Of a stretch of DNA of 64,000 nucleotides, positions 45,663 to 55,223 are shown in pieces. Position 1 is the first letter of the stretch, and the number at the start of each line of letters is the position of its first letter. Source of the DNA: an uncultured Spirochaetota bacterium (GTDB lineage: Bacteria > Spirochaetota > B62-G9 > DRHN01); NCBI GenBank assembly GCA_964583615.1, contig CAZOWM010000002.1:8050-72049 (forward strand), in the 5' to 3' direction. The translations under genes and the position numbers were made by a program. The notes beneath the pieces were generated by a model, which did not search any database, was not told where the DNA came from, and was given only the letters and a program-made list of their open reading frames with translations.

Positions 45663-46598
45663 ATGTGGTTTCCGGCTTCGCCCTTTCACATCCACCCCGC
45701 TTATCTCGTGGTTATCGGTTTCTGCGTGGGCACGTTGAGCTCTTTTTTCGGCGTTGGCGGCGGATGGCTCGTCACTCCGATGCTCAACATCCTGGGGCTC
45801 CCCATGCCCTACGCAATCGGCTCGAGCCTCGTGTATATCATCGTCGTTTCTCTGTTCGGAACGCTTCGGCACAGAAAGCTTCAGAACGTGAACTACATCG
45901 TGGGCCTCATCATCGGCACAACCGCCTTTGGAGGAATCCTGCTCGGTAAGAAACTGATCTTCTTTCTCGAAACGCAGGGGAACGTGGACACATGGGTTCG
46001 TGTGCTCTATATGGTGCTGCTCTCTGTGATCGGCGTGTACATGCTTATCGAAAAACGCGGCAAAGAGAGCAAAACATGCACTGGAGAGCGTTTTCCTGTT
46101 CTCAAACCTGTGCTCTTTATACGTTTTGAGGGGGAGACCATTCCCGTGTCGGTTCCGCTTGTCGTCATTGTGGGTATTGCTCTCGGATTTTTAAGCAGCG
46201 CCATGGGAGTCGGCGGTGGGTTTGTTCTGCTCCCCCTTCTCATCTACGCGGTCAAGCTCCCTGTTCACCTCTCCATCGGAACGAGCCTTTTCACCGTGCT
46301 CATTGCTGGAATGCAGGGCTCTGCAGTGTACATACTCGCAGGGCGGGTAGACTGGCGCACAATCGTCTTTTTAATCGTGCCCACGATCATCGGGACATTC
46401 GTGGGAGCAGCCGCGACAAAAAAGGTCGACCCCAGGAGGATCAAGGCGCTCTTTGCAGGAACGGTTCTCCTCGGTGTTGCGGTCATCTTTTTCAGACAGC
46501 TGGACTTCGTCATTTTGAGCACTATCGCGATCATCACCACTGCACTCGGCTCGACCGCAGCGATCATTGTGCATGCGTATATGAAAAAACTTTTTTGA
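45663..46598 (+). CDS. TauE/SafE (DUF81) family membrane exporter
   Basis: Two hydrophobic halves with a GGG.L.P motif each (FFGVGGGWLVTPML ... MGVGGGFVLLPLL). Confidence 0.75.
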   Translation: MWFPASPFHIHPAYLVVIGFCVGTLSSFFGVGGGWLVTPMLNILGLPMPYAIGSSLVYIIVVSLFGTLRHRKLQNVNYIVGLIIGTTAFGGILLGKKLIFFLETQGNVDTWVRVLYMVLLSVIGVYMLIEKRGKESKTCTGERFPVLKPVLFIRFEGETIPVSVPLVVIVGIALGFLSSAMGVGGGFVLLPLLIYAVKLPVHLSIGTSLFTVLIAGMQGSAVYILAGRVDWRTIVFLIVPTIIGTFVGAAATKKVDPRRIKALFAGTVLLGVAVIFFRQLDFVILSTIAIITTALGSTAAIIVHAYMKKLF

Positions 46599-46620
46599 CC
46601 CCTGCAAAAAGAAAGATACG

Positions 46621-47040
46621 ATGAAATACAGATACTTCACGATAAGCTTTTTCGCGCTGCTGCTTTTGCTTGCACCGTTTTGGCAGAGTACTGCAGCACC
46701 AAGGGCGGTGCTCTGGTCGTACTGGAACAGTGGGGATGAAGCCAGCAGTGAAACGGTAGACCATTCCTTCCGGTCTGACTTTCTTGACGCCTACCTCGTG
46801 ACCGGCGAAACTGACGGCGTCAACAGCAGAGAACAGATGGTATACTGGATAAACCTCTACAACGCGCTTACCGTAAAGCTGATTCTCGACCACTTTCCTG
46901 TGGAGAGTATCAGAGATATCGATATATCACCGGGGATTCTCAGCGACGGCCCGTGGTTTCAAGCATCTACGACTGCAACCTCAATGCAAAGTGAAAACAT
47001 TCAGTGTGTTCATCAGAGCGTACCGAACTTGGGTTCGTAA
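46621..47040 (+). CDS. DUF547-domain protein, apparently truncated
   Basis: Signal peptide plus YWINLYNALTVKLILDHFPVESIRDI, the DUF547 signature. At 139 aa it is about half the usual length, and its 3' end overlaps the convergent lipoprotein gene. Confidence 0.45.
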   Translation: MKYRYFTISFFALLLLLAPFWQSTAAPRAVLWSYWNSGDEASSETVDHSFRSDFLDAYLVTGETDGVNSREQMVYWINLYNALTVKLILDHFPVESIRDIDISPGILSDGPWFQASTTATSMQSENIQCVHQSVPNLGS

Positions 47041-47915
47041 CGGGAGCTGACCTGCACGAGCTCTACTTCTCCCTGGGAGAATCCATCTGAGGTGCGGTAA
47101 AGGATCTTTACCACGCGGCCTGGCACTTTTTTTCCGATCCAGTAGTCGATGACGAGATCGTCCTCAGCCAGGACGTCCCGAAGATGCACACAGGAATATG
47201 TTCCTCCCTCGACACTGACCCGTTCTTTTCCGATAATTTCCGGTTTGCGGAAAAGAAAGCTTCGCTCCTGAGTGAAATCCGCTTTCCTGATCTGCTCGAG
47301 GCGCCCGAGAAACTGATCTTCATTCCCCTCTTCCCGTTCAGAAAAAAGCTCCCTGCCGAGATCAAAGATCGCCTCCACGCGTTCATCGGTATCAGGATGC
47401 GTGCTTCGAATTCTCAGCGGCACCCCTTCGCCTGACACGAGGACCTCATACAGCACGGTATGGTGCATGGTTGTCTGATGTACCTGCCACCACATCGAGC
47501 CGTCGGCATTCTTTTTCAGAAGCGCCCTCTCCAGCACGTATTGGATGTCCCCTTCCGCATTTTTCTCCGCAATGATGGTCCCCGTTCCAACGGCGTACCC
47601 GTCAGGCGTTTCGTGAAAGATGGAGTAGAGGGAGAGGGGGAAAGGGGTGCGGTCATTCCAGAAAAACTGCTCGTAAAGGTCCACGTTCATGCGAAATACG
47701 CTCAGCCGTACCACCGGTGTGAGAAGCGAATCGACATCTGTTTCGTCCAACTCGAAAAGCTTCGCGTAGCCGCCCTCTTCTTCTGAAGCAGGCGCGTGCT
47801 CCGCCTTTTCTTTTCCACCCTTCTGCACAAGAGGGCGCGTTCCCGTGCATCCCGCGAATGCGAGCATGCATACAGCAGCGAACACCAATACAGAGATCTT
47901 CCGCCGTGACCACAT
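47013..47915 (-). CDS. lipoprotein, hypothetical
   Basis: Start at MWSRRKISVLVFAAVCMLAFAGCTG (lipobox FAGC). No recognisable domain. Lies immediately downstream of cbiO on the same strand. Confidence 0.5.
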   Translation of the reverse strand: MWSRRKISVLVFAAVCMLAFAGCTGTRPLVQKGGKEKAEHAPASEEEGGYAKLFELDETDVDSLLTPVVRLSVFRMNVDLYEQFFWNDRTPFPLSLYSIFHETPDGYAVGTGTIIAEKNAEGDIQYVLERALLKKNADGSMWWQVHQTTMHHTVLYEVLVSGEGVPLRIRSTHPDTDERVEAIFDLGRELFSEREEGNEDQFLGRLEQIRKADFTQERSFLFRKPEIIGKERVSVEGGTYSCVHLRDVLAEDDLVIDYWIGKKVPGRVVKILYRTSDGFSQGEVELVQVSSRYEPKFGTL

Positions 47916-48021
47916 ATGAAAAGCTCCTGCACACTGTGAAATTGGAATAATCCACCAAAAAACGGGCACCCATGCCCGCCCGGAATAGTTGTGAAAATCA
48001 GACAGAAATATACCGGGAAGC

Positions 48022-48693
48022 TCAGGTTTTGTCAACCGCGCTGAAGACGCGCCCGTTTTCGATTCTGCAGCGCACATCGGTCACCCGTTCGACAAACTCA
48101 CGGTCATGGGAAACTGCGACAAACGTGCGCATTCTTCTCAGGATGTCGATGAACCTCTCCCTGTGCTCCTCATCGAGCCCAAGTACCGGTTCATCAAGCA
48201 GGAGAACCTCCGGTTCCATCGCCAGTACGGTGCCCAGAGCAACAAGCCGCTTTTCTCCGCCGGAGAGCTTGAAGGTCACACGCTGTTCAAATCCCTCGAG
48301 CCCCAGGATGTCGAGTGTCCTGGAAACGATGCCTTGCACCTCTTCCCTGCTCTTTCCGAGATTGAACGGACCGAACGCGATATCCTCTGCAACGGTCGGG
48401 CTGAAGAGCTGGTCGTCGGAATCCTGAAATAACAGACCGATTCGTTTCCTTACCTCATGGAAGTCACTCCCACTTTTTCTCTCATTTCCGAAAATCCGCA
48501 CGATTCCCCTGTCCGGTTTGAGCAGCCCCATGATGATGTGGAAAAGCGTTGATTTCCCGCTCCCGTTTGCACCGAGGAGCGCGACCCGTTCTCCCCTGTA
48601 AAGAGAAAAGTAAAGGCTCCCGAGTACCTGACGGCCCTCAGTATAGGAAAAACCGATGTTCTGAAGATCGATCACAGGAACACCGTCATCCAT
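48022..48693 (-). CDS. cbiO: ECF/cobalt-type ABC transporter ATPase
   Basis: Walker A GANGSGKST, signature LSGGEKRLV, Walker B LLLDEP. Confidence 0.85.
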   Translation of the reverse strand: MDDGVPVIDLQNIGFSYTEGRQVLGSLYFSLYRGERVALLGANGSGKSTLFHIIMGLLKPDRGIVRIFGNERKSGSDFHEVRKRIGLLFQDSDDQLFSPTVAEDIAFGPFNLGKSREEVQGIVSRTLDILGLEGFEQRVTFKLSGGEKRLVALGTVLAMEPEVLLLDEPVLGLDEEHRERFIDILRRMRTFVAVSHDREFVERVTDVRCRIENGRVFSAVDKT

Positions 48694-49433
48694 TCGAATC
48701 CTCCCATTCCAACAAGAACCAGGGACATGATAACGAGAAAAACCACGTCTCTGCAGCGCATCTCAAAATGGTCGAGCAGATAGAACCCGCCATGAAACCC
48801 CCTGCACAACATTGCCTTGTATATACGTTCCGAACGCTCGTAGCTCCGTATGAGCAGCATTCCGATAAGATACCCGAAGCTCTTGTAGGAATGAAAGTTC
48901 GTTTTCGGCCTGAAACCGCGGATCCGCATCGCATTCCGCAGCCGCTGATATTCCGCGTTTATTACATGAATGTAGCGATAGGAGAGAAAAGAGAGATAGA
49001 GAAGCTTTTTTGGTACCCTGAAGTGGCTCATCGCGTGAACGAGGGAAAACACAGATGAAGTGGCAAGAAGCGACACGATGAGCAGCACGATTGCCGTGGC
49101 TTTTAGAGTAATGGACACGGCCCTCTCAACCCCCTCGACGCTTGCCTGAAACGGCCCTACACAGTACGTCGCTTTACCGGGAATCTCAAAAGGAAGAAAT
49201 ATCCAGAGCAGAACAAGGAAGACACACAAAACCCTGAGACTTTTCAGCACATGGCCGGGCTTCAGCCCCGCAGCGGCCACGAGACCGGTCGCAAGGAGCA
49301 GGGCGAATCCTGATACGATGAGCTTGGATGAGAGGGCGATGACAAAGGCGTAGGCAAACGCCATACAGAGCTTTACCCGCGGATCGAGTGTGTGGAGAAA
49401 GCTTTTTCCCTCGGAGAATCGCTCTTCAATCAC
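48672..49433 (-). CDS. cbiQ: ECF transporter transmembrane (T) component CbiQ
   Basis: 253 aa, polytopic. LDPRVKL N-terminus and the conserved C-terminal Arg motif ...AMLCRGF. Overlaps cbiO by 22 nt. Confidence 0.8.
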   Translation of the reverse strand: MIEERFSEGKSFLHTLDPRVKLCMAFAYAFVIALSSKLIVSGFALLLATGLVAAAGLKPGHVLKSLRVLCVFLVLLWIFLPFEIPGKATYCVGPFQASVEGVERAVSITLKATAIVLLIVSLLATSSVFSLVHAMSHFRVPKKLLYLSFLSYRYIHVINAEYQRLRNAMRIRGFRPKTNFHSYKSFGYLIGMLLIRSYERSERIYKAMLCRGFHGGFYLLDHFEMRCRDVVFLVIMSLVLVGMGGFEWMTVFL

Positions 49434-49513
49434 GTGAGTGTTTCGTCCATTCTGCGCATGAAATCCACCGAAAACCTCAGCGCCCGTACTGTGCCCTGAT
49501 GACCGGAGAAGGA

Positions 49514-50209
49514 TCAGGACTTCTTTTTTTTGCTCTGGAAAAACATCACCAGGCCGAAAAGCCCGAATATGTATCCGATACCGGCGAAGATCTCCCGCGT
49601 TGATATGCGTTCACCCTTTTGGAGCTGTGCAACCTGGCGCGTGAGGGGTTTCAGCTGCGAGGAAACCTCTTCCCGGATCACTTCACGGATATCCTCGACA
49701 GATGGATAATGCGCAGCAGCCACGGGAGCTGAACCACCCTCTGTAGAGGCCTCTGAAGGTTCGTGTTTTTGTTCCCCTTCGGATGTGTCATCTCTTCCTG
49801 TTTCGCCTTTCTCTTCTCTGGTCGAGGCAAGCGGGGAGTCCTGTGGCTTTTGCTGAAGTCCGGCCAGGTGGGTAAGTTCTTTCTCGGGAATCTCAAAGGT
49901 CGCCCTGTGACCCATGGATGCCTCGAGCACTATGGTCAGGTCGTCGACCTTCGGGACCCTGAAGCTGTACACCCCTTCATCATCCGTCACACCGCTGTGC
50001 ACGACCTCGCCGTTTGAATCGAGCACCTCGAGCCTTCCCCCGTGCACCGCTGTTCCGTCCTGAAAATAGCACTCTGTGTGGATGATCTCCCCTTCAACCC
50101 ATGCGAACACGTTTACCCTATGGGCAAAGCTTTTAGAATAGGCACAGAGTGTAAACGCGTACACCGAAAAGATAAAAACCTGCAAGCTACGCCTTCTGAG
50201 CAACCGCAT
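49514..50209 (-). CDS. CbiN-position membrane protein with extended periplasmic beta-rich domain (NikL/CbiN-like, atypical)
   Basis: 231 aa. N-terminal TM segment and C-terminal TM segment (IFAGIGYIFGLFGLVMFF) give CbiN-like topology. A ~170-aa insert (HRVNVFAWVEGEIIHTECYFQDGTAVHGGRLEVLDSNGEVV...) looks like a transthyretin/carboxypeptidase-regulatory-like beta domain, followed by an acidic low-complexity linker. Confidence 0.5.
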   Translation of the reverse strand: MRLLRRRSLQVFIFSVYAFTLCAYSKSFAHRVNVFAWVEGEIIHTECYFQDGTAVHGGRLEVLDSNGEVVHSGVTDDEGVYSFRVPKVDDLTIVLEASMGHRATFEIPEKELTHLAGLQQKPQDSPLASTREEKGETGRDDTSEGEQKHEPSEASTEGGSAPVAAAHYPSVEDIREVIREEVSSQLKPLTRQVAQLQKGERISTREIFAGIGYIFGLFGLVMFFQSKKKKS

Positions 50210-50810
50210 AGGGAACCTCCAGGATCTCAGGTTTTACCTTTTTCAGAAGCATGACGATGAACACATTGACCACCGCCTCGACCACCATGACCGGCAGATG
50301 CGCGACGACGATGACCTTCGCGATGGTGACGAACTCCTCTCCGGAAAACACGAGAGAAAACGCGGTGAACAGGGAAGCCAGAAGGAGCGCCATGGCCCCG
50401 GAGAGCCCTGCAGCGACGGCGGAAAGCACTTTCCCCTCTTTTTTCAGAAGCCTGTTGAACAGAAAATACACAATGACTGCGGGAAGCGCCATGTTCACCG
50501 TGTTCACACCGAGTACAGTCAGCCCTCCGAACTGAAAAAGAAGGGCTTGAAGCATCAGACCGATGAGAATTGCGGGAAAGCTCGCCCATCCGAGGACAAG
50601 CCCCATGAGACCGCTCAGCACAAGATGGACGCTCGAGGGACCGATTGGTACATGGACGAGCGAAGCAACGAAAAATGCTGCGGTCATCAGTGCAACCCGC
50701 GGCATCTTGTCCATATCGAGTTTTTTCAGCCCCACCGCTGTTCCGCCCGCAGCGAGCGCTGCGCCGGAAACGAGCACCTCTGCCGAGAGCACCCCTTCTG
50801 AAATATGCAT
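50187..50810 (-). CDS. cbiM: Ni/Co ECF transporter substrate-capture component CbiM/NikM
   Basis: Start at MHISEGVLS, the conserved Met-His N-terminus that binds metal in CbiM/NikM. 208 aa with ~6 TM segments. The long upstream ORF extension is non-coding-like. Confidence 0.8.
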   Translation of the reverse strand: MHISEGVLSAEVLVSGAALAAGGTAVGLKKLDMDKMPRVALMTAAFFVASLVHVPIGPSSVHLVLSGLMGLVLGWASFPAILIGLMLQALLFQFGGLTVLGVNTVNMALPAVIVYFLFNRLLKKEGKVLSAVAAGLSGAMALLLASLFTAFSLVFSGEEFVTIAKVIVVAHLPVMVVEAVVNVFIVMLLKKVKPEILEVPYAVAQKA

Positions 50811-50880
50811 CAGTTTTCCCTCTTCTGTGAGATCTGCTGAATCAGTACACATTATAAAAAATGTGGCATGATCAATTCCT

Positions 50881-51657
50881 TTATCGCTCAGGCATATCGT
50901 GCACCCGTATCCAGAACACCGCACCGATCTCCACCGGGTATTCTTTGCCGTCGCTGTGCATGATCTTTCCCCTGTCCTCACTGAGCGCAGCAAACGCCCA
51001 CCAGCCTTCACGGGGACACGCATACGTGAACACTCCATTGCTGTCGGCCTTGATAACCTGTGTAATAAAAGGGTCCGCCGGAGCATCCATACTGCCGTCC
51101 GCGAAGTATTCAACCTCGATCTCTGCATAGGGAACCGGCTCACCAAAGGCCTTGACGATCCCCTGGAACACGTTTCCCGTCCATATTCCGTAGGGCCTCG
51201 TGAGAGGAACGATCTCCGTTTTCAGGCCGATTTCCTCGTCCCAGCCCTCCTCGAGACCAAGCGCATGCACAACGGTCTTCGTGTAATGAACGATAAAACT
51301 GCTTTCAGCAGGTTCGAAATAGGGAGCGGGCTCCACATAGAACACGTAATCCCCCGGTCTGTTGATCGTGTACTGAGTCTCCCACGCGCTGAGTCCTGTA
51401 ATTTTTTTCATAAAAAGCGTATTGAGGAGGTCGATGTTCCGTCCCCGTGCTTTCACACCGAACTGAACCGGCCTTGCCATTTCCATGTAGTTACCCTCAA
51501 ACGGGTGTCCGAAAATCAGGTCGACATGCAGCTTCCTGCTCTCACTTGACATGACCATGCTGTCGGACGGCACCAAATACTGAAAGTGTGCAAACGCACC
51601 GCACGCAGTGCTCCACACGAGTACTGTGATCACAAGAAAAACCAACACTCTTCTCAT
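50881..51657 (-). CDS. periplasmic DUF4198-family protein (putative Ni/Co-binding accessory component, NikK-like)
   Basis: Signal peptide [21 protein letters not shown], then HFQYLVP..., typical of the DUF4198 family associated with Ni/Co ECF uptake systems. First gene of the minus-strand transporter operon. Confidence 0.6.
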   Translation of the reverse strand: MRRVLVFLVITVLVWSTACGAFAHFQYLVPSDSMVMSSESRKLHVDLIFGHPFEGNYMEMARPVQFGVKARGRNIDLLNTLFMKKITGLSAWETQYTINRPGDYVFYVEPAPYFEPAESSFIVHYTKTVVHALGLEEGWDEEIGLKTEIVPLTRPYGIWTGNVFQGIVKAFGEPVPYAEIEVEYFADGSMDAPADPFITQVIKADSNGVFTYACPREGWWAFAALSEDRGKIMHSDGKEYPVEIGAVFWIRVHDMPER

Positions 51658-51700
51658 CGTACGTCTCCATACAGTCGAAATAGTAACACAATTTTACTAA

Positions 51701-51729
51701 AAAGTAGCACAATATTTTTATCTGTCAAG
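51701..51729 (-). promoter_or_regulatory. putative sigma70-like promoter for the Ni/Co transporter operon
   Basis: On the minus strand: TTGACA, a 16-nt spacer, then TGcTACTTT (extended -10-like). This sits ~65 nt upstream of the DUF4198 ATG, which has a GGAG RBS. Confidence 0.3.
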
Positions 51730-52041
51730 TTTTTTTCCGTCCGGTGGATTCATTCGGAGTTTTCATTCACGAAAAAAAACGCATTTCTCCAAAGGATCAC
51801 ATTGCTTCCCCTCCGTCCAGTCTGTTATTGTCTGTTTGGGAGTGTAAACATGAGAAAAACCGGAAAATATCCTTTCACGCTCGCAGCCGCGGCGGCAGTG
51901 TTGTTGACAGGGGAGTGCTGCTCTTCAAGAAGTACAACGAAACAGTGGAAAACGGCAACACTGCCGGTATCAGGCACGTCTATATGAATGCAGCAGGAGC
52001 CACTTCCGTAAAAGAAGAGATGATAAAAGATAATGGAGAGT

Positions 52042-52569
52042 TTACACAATTTCAGCTGCCAGTTTTTTTCCTGAATCTGTCTTGAAGTTCCTTTCAATAA
52101 ATTTCTCAGACGGCTCCCCGTTCAGCGTGTAGTTTCCCTCCTGGAGATTCACCACCATGTCCGCTTCCCATAATATCCGGAAATCTAGCCCGTCTATGCA
52201 GTCAAAGCTGTGGTGATGGGCGATGATATAGCACACCCTTTCGCGTATGTCCGGTCTGATGCTCATTTCATTGAGAGCTCTACGGGCAGTGATTTCTCCT
52301 TCGTTTTCCTGGTACTGAAACTCGGGCGATCCATACTTCTTTAGGGCAACCGGGATGCCTGTGTCATGAAAAATGCTTCCCAGCGTTATCACATCTTTCA
52401 CAAAGGCCTGATTCACGTTCTCCCGGTCGTAAATCTGTTCGGCATATGAAAGCACCTTCAAAGAATGGTTTATATATCGCTTTTCCTGCCCAAACAGTTT
52501 TTTCATCTTTTCTATTGCGTTTTTCCGATCCACACCCCCCTCCTCATTATCAGTACGAAGTGCATACAT
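52042..52569 (-). CDS. HD-domain phosphohydrolase
   Basis: IFHDTG ... HHHSFD motif pair. 175 aa, and the start could be the internal MKKLFG. Confidence 0.65.
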   Translation of the reverse strand: MYALRTDNEEGGVDRKNAIEKMKKLFGQEKRYINHSLKVLSYAEQIYDRENVNQAFVKDVITLGSIFHDTGIPVALKKYGSPEFQYQENEGEITARRALNEMSIRPDIRERVCYIIAHHHSFDCIDGLDFRILWEADMVVNLQEGNYTLNGEPSEKFIERNFKTDSGKKLAAEIV

Positions 52570-52618
52570 TCTATCTTATTGAATTCTATCAGCATGCAAA
52601 GCATGCCAAAAGCTTCTT

Positions 52619-53911
52619 TCATGCCTGTGCGCACCACCGCGCCGCACACAGCGCAAAGATCCCGGTGAGCGCCAAAACGTCCTCAACCAGCACCCACTCG
52701 TCCGGAGCGTGGAGGTTTCCGCCTCTCGGGCCGAGAATGAGACAGGGCATTCGGCCCTCGTCCCCGTAGAGCGCGAGGTCGCAGGAAAATGGAGCGCCGC
52801 CGACCGTGGGGGGGTTCCCGGTATACTCCAGAAAACAGTCCACAACCTTCACGAGCGCAGGATCTTTCAAGTCGGTTTCCCACGGGCGCACGTAGTGGTA
52901 ATCAGGGCGGATCTCCAGGGCAAAGGGCGAAAGATCTTTGTCATCTTTCGCTTTTTCCTGCCAGAATTTCCGAAACCGTTTGTAAAAATCCTCCTCCGTT
53001 ATTCCCGGATGACACCACACGACCCAGGATATCTCTGTGAGAAGAGGTGTGCCCATCTGTGTGAACTCGCCTGGTTTGGTTGAATCGATTCGCCAGAGTA
53101 GCACGTTGAGCTCCTTTCCTTTCTGTTCGAACAGAGGATGGCTGTTTTGTCCTCTCCACAGATCCTGCCACTCTTGGAAATGCCGGATCGCCGCCGAGGC
53201 TCCGAAGATCGGGTTGGGGATTTCCTCCCCCATGTACGGCATTCCCGCTTTTCCGCTGAGAGTGAAATTCCCGAGAAACGCGCCGAGGCATGCGGGGCAA
53301 ACCTCCATCCGGGTCGGTTCCGTGAGGATCGCACAGTCCGCATTGTGCCCACGGATGCGCGAGGCAAGCGTCCCGTTTCCTCCCGCAAACTCCTCGTCGA
53401 CCACGCTCTCGAAGAGCACGTCCCCTTCAGGCTCAAACCCCATCTCTCTGAGGATCCTCAGCGCCCAGTAGGCAGCCGCGAGGCCTCCCTTTAGGTCCGC
53501 CGAGCCTCTTCCGTAGAGGCGCCCTTCTTTTATCACCGGGACGAAGGGCCTGCACACCTCCCAGCCGTCCGGTTCAAAGGGGGCCACGTCCATGTGCCCG
53601 CTGAAAAGAAGCGAGCGCCCGCCGCCTGCCCCTTTCCACGTTGCGACCACATCCGCCCTGCCTTCGTAGTTCCTGCCGGCGAGCCACGAAGGATGCTCAC
53701 CTATTCCGGGGATCTCGTCCGGCCTGAACACATCTGTTTCCCATCCAAGTTTTCTGCACTCCTCCTCGACAAACGCCTGCGCCTCTTTCTCGTTTCCGTT
53801 GGGCGGCCTGTTTTCTGAGGGAAAGCGCACGAGTTTTTTTGTCCACTCGATGATCTCGGACTTCCGCTTCTCAACCTCTGCCCTGAGCGCTTCTGCGGTT
53901 ATTGCCCTCAT
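52619..53911 (-). CDS. M20-family metallopeptidase (ArgE/DapE/ACY1-like)
   Basis: GHMDVAP and GRGSADLKGG metal-binding motifs, and a DEEFAGGNG acidic motif. Start set to MRAITAEAL so it abuts the upstream gene. Confidence 0.8.
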   Translation of the reverse strand: MRAITAEALRAEVEKRKSEIIEWTKKLVRFPSENRPPNGNEKEAQAFVEEECRKLGWETDVFRPDEIPGIGEHPSWLAGRNYEGRADVVATWKGAGGGRSLLFSGHMDVAPFEPDGWEVCRPFVPVIKEGRLYGRGSADLKGGLAAAYWALRILREMGFEPEGDVLFESVVDEEFAGGNGTLASRIRGHNADCAILTEPTRMEVCPACLGAFLGNFTLSGKAGMPYMGEEIPNPIFGASAAIRHFQEWQDLWRGQNSHPLFEQKGKELNVLLWRIDSTKPGEFTQMGTPLLTEISWVVWCHPGITEEDFYKRFRKFWQEKAKDDKDLSPFALEIRPDYHYVRPWETDLKDPALVKVVDCFLEYTGNPPTVGGAPFSCDLALYGDEGRMPCLILGPRGGNLHAPDEWVLVEDVLALTGIFALCAARWCAQA

Positions 53912-55074
53912 AAAACGATCACCTCTCGCCTGTAGCTCGTGAGCTCTCTTATGCCTCTGTCTGTCACCAGCACCCCGTCCTCGAACCTGAGACCGAGGCT
54001 CCCGTCGGAAAGCCAAATATCGATGTTGAACAGCATGTTCTTCTCTATTACGAAATCGGCCGCTTTTGCGAGCCACAGCCCCTCGACCTCTGAGTGTCCG
54101 GTGCCGTGCGCAGGGCCGTAAAGGGTAAAGTTTTCAAACCCGTAGCGTGCAAGGATCTCGTAGTACCCGTCGAACACTTCGGATGCGCGCACCCCGGGCT
54201 TTATCGCGTTCAGGGCGTAGTGCACCGCCTCGAGTGCAACATCCATGAGCGTGCGCGCATTTTTTGGTATGCCGCCAATGCAGAACGGCCTGCACATATT
54301 CCCGCAGAACCCCATATACTTCGCGCCGAAGGTGAACTGCACGAGCTCGTCTTGGCCGATCGCCCTGTCCGTCGACCTGCAGAGGCTGAGACGCGTGTTC
54401 GGGCCCGAGCACACCCATGCAGGATAGGGCATTCCCTCTGCACCCTGCGCGAGCATTGTCGAACGGGCACCAGCCTCGAGCTCCCACTCTCTCTTACCCG
54501 GTGCAGCCTCTGCAAAGGCAGCCTTCATCGCCTCCTCAGTGATGCGGTAGGCTTCGACGATGTAAGGAACTTCCTCTTCCGACTTTACCGCCTGAGCCCT
54601 CAGCACGATGTCATCAGCCGGAACAAACTCCGCATCCGGCGCGGCTGAGCGGATATCCTCGAAAATCACGTGGGGAAAAATATTCCAGTTCGCTATACCG
54701 ATCCGTTTCGGTACTTTCCCGCACGCCTCCGGCAGTATCTTCTTGAAACTCTCGCCTGTGACCTCCGGAACCCAGTCCGGCGCAGACGTCTCTACAAAAA
54801 GAGGGTTTATCCTGATTTCAGGTACCCGTGAAAACTCATTCGCAAATTCAAAAGACTCCGGCCCACCTGTGACGAGGACCGCCTTTCCTTCTGCAGGAAC
54901 GATCACCCCGGAAAAATCGAAAAAGGGCCAAAAGCCGGTAAAAAAACGGGACGTTGCGGATTCACACTCACTGCTGTACCCGACGAGCACATCGAGCCCC
55001 TCTTTTTTCAACTCCACCTGAAGCTTCTTTACCCTGTCTGTGTACACCGTTTCTGGGAGCGGTTTCAATCTCAT
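53908..55074 (-). CDS. M24-family Xaa-Pro aminopeptidase/creatinase-like peptidase
   Basis: 388 aa. Creatinase-like N-domain and pita-bread C-domain, with a conserved histidine (HGTGHSEVEG). Confidence 0.8.
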   Translation of the reverse strand: MRLKPLPETVYTDRVKKLQVELKKEGLDVLVGYSSECESATSRFFTGFWPFFDFSGVIVPAEGKAVLVTGGPESFEFANEFSRVPEIRINPLFVETSAPDWVPEVTGESFKKILPEACGKVPKRIGIANWNIFPHVIFEDIRSAAPDAEFVPADDIVLRAQAVKSEEEVPYIVEAYRITEEAMKAAFAEAAPGKREWELEAGARSTMLAQGAEGMPYPAWVCSGPNTRLSLCRSTDRAIGQDELVQFTFGAKYMGFCGNMCRPFCIGGIPKNARTLMDVALEAVHYALNAIKPGVRASEVFDGYYEILARYGFENFTLYGPAHGTGHSEVEGLWLAKAADFVIEKNMLFNIDIWLSDGSLGLRFEDGVLVTDRGIRELTSYRREVIVL

Positions 55075-55223
55075 TTGACCTTCCTCCTTGTGTTCCTGTG
55101 TGTTGTCCCATTGTAAAGCCTTTTTTTCTTTCCGTCAACTGAAGGCAGAGCACGAACAAAACGTGGCTTTACAGAAAAAAATTACACGGTATAATACAGC
55201 ATGCACGGATGAGAGGAGCGGTG

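Noticed and set aside
51658-51860. Possible cobalamin or NiCo riboswitch upstream of the Ni/Co ECF transporter
   Set aside because: No B12-box (GCCACTG) was found on the relevant strand. The putative promoter lies only ~65 nt from the start codon, leaving no room for a riboswitch aptamer.
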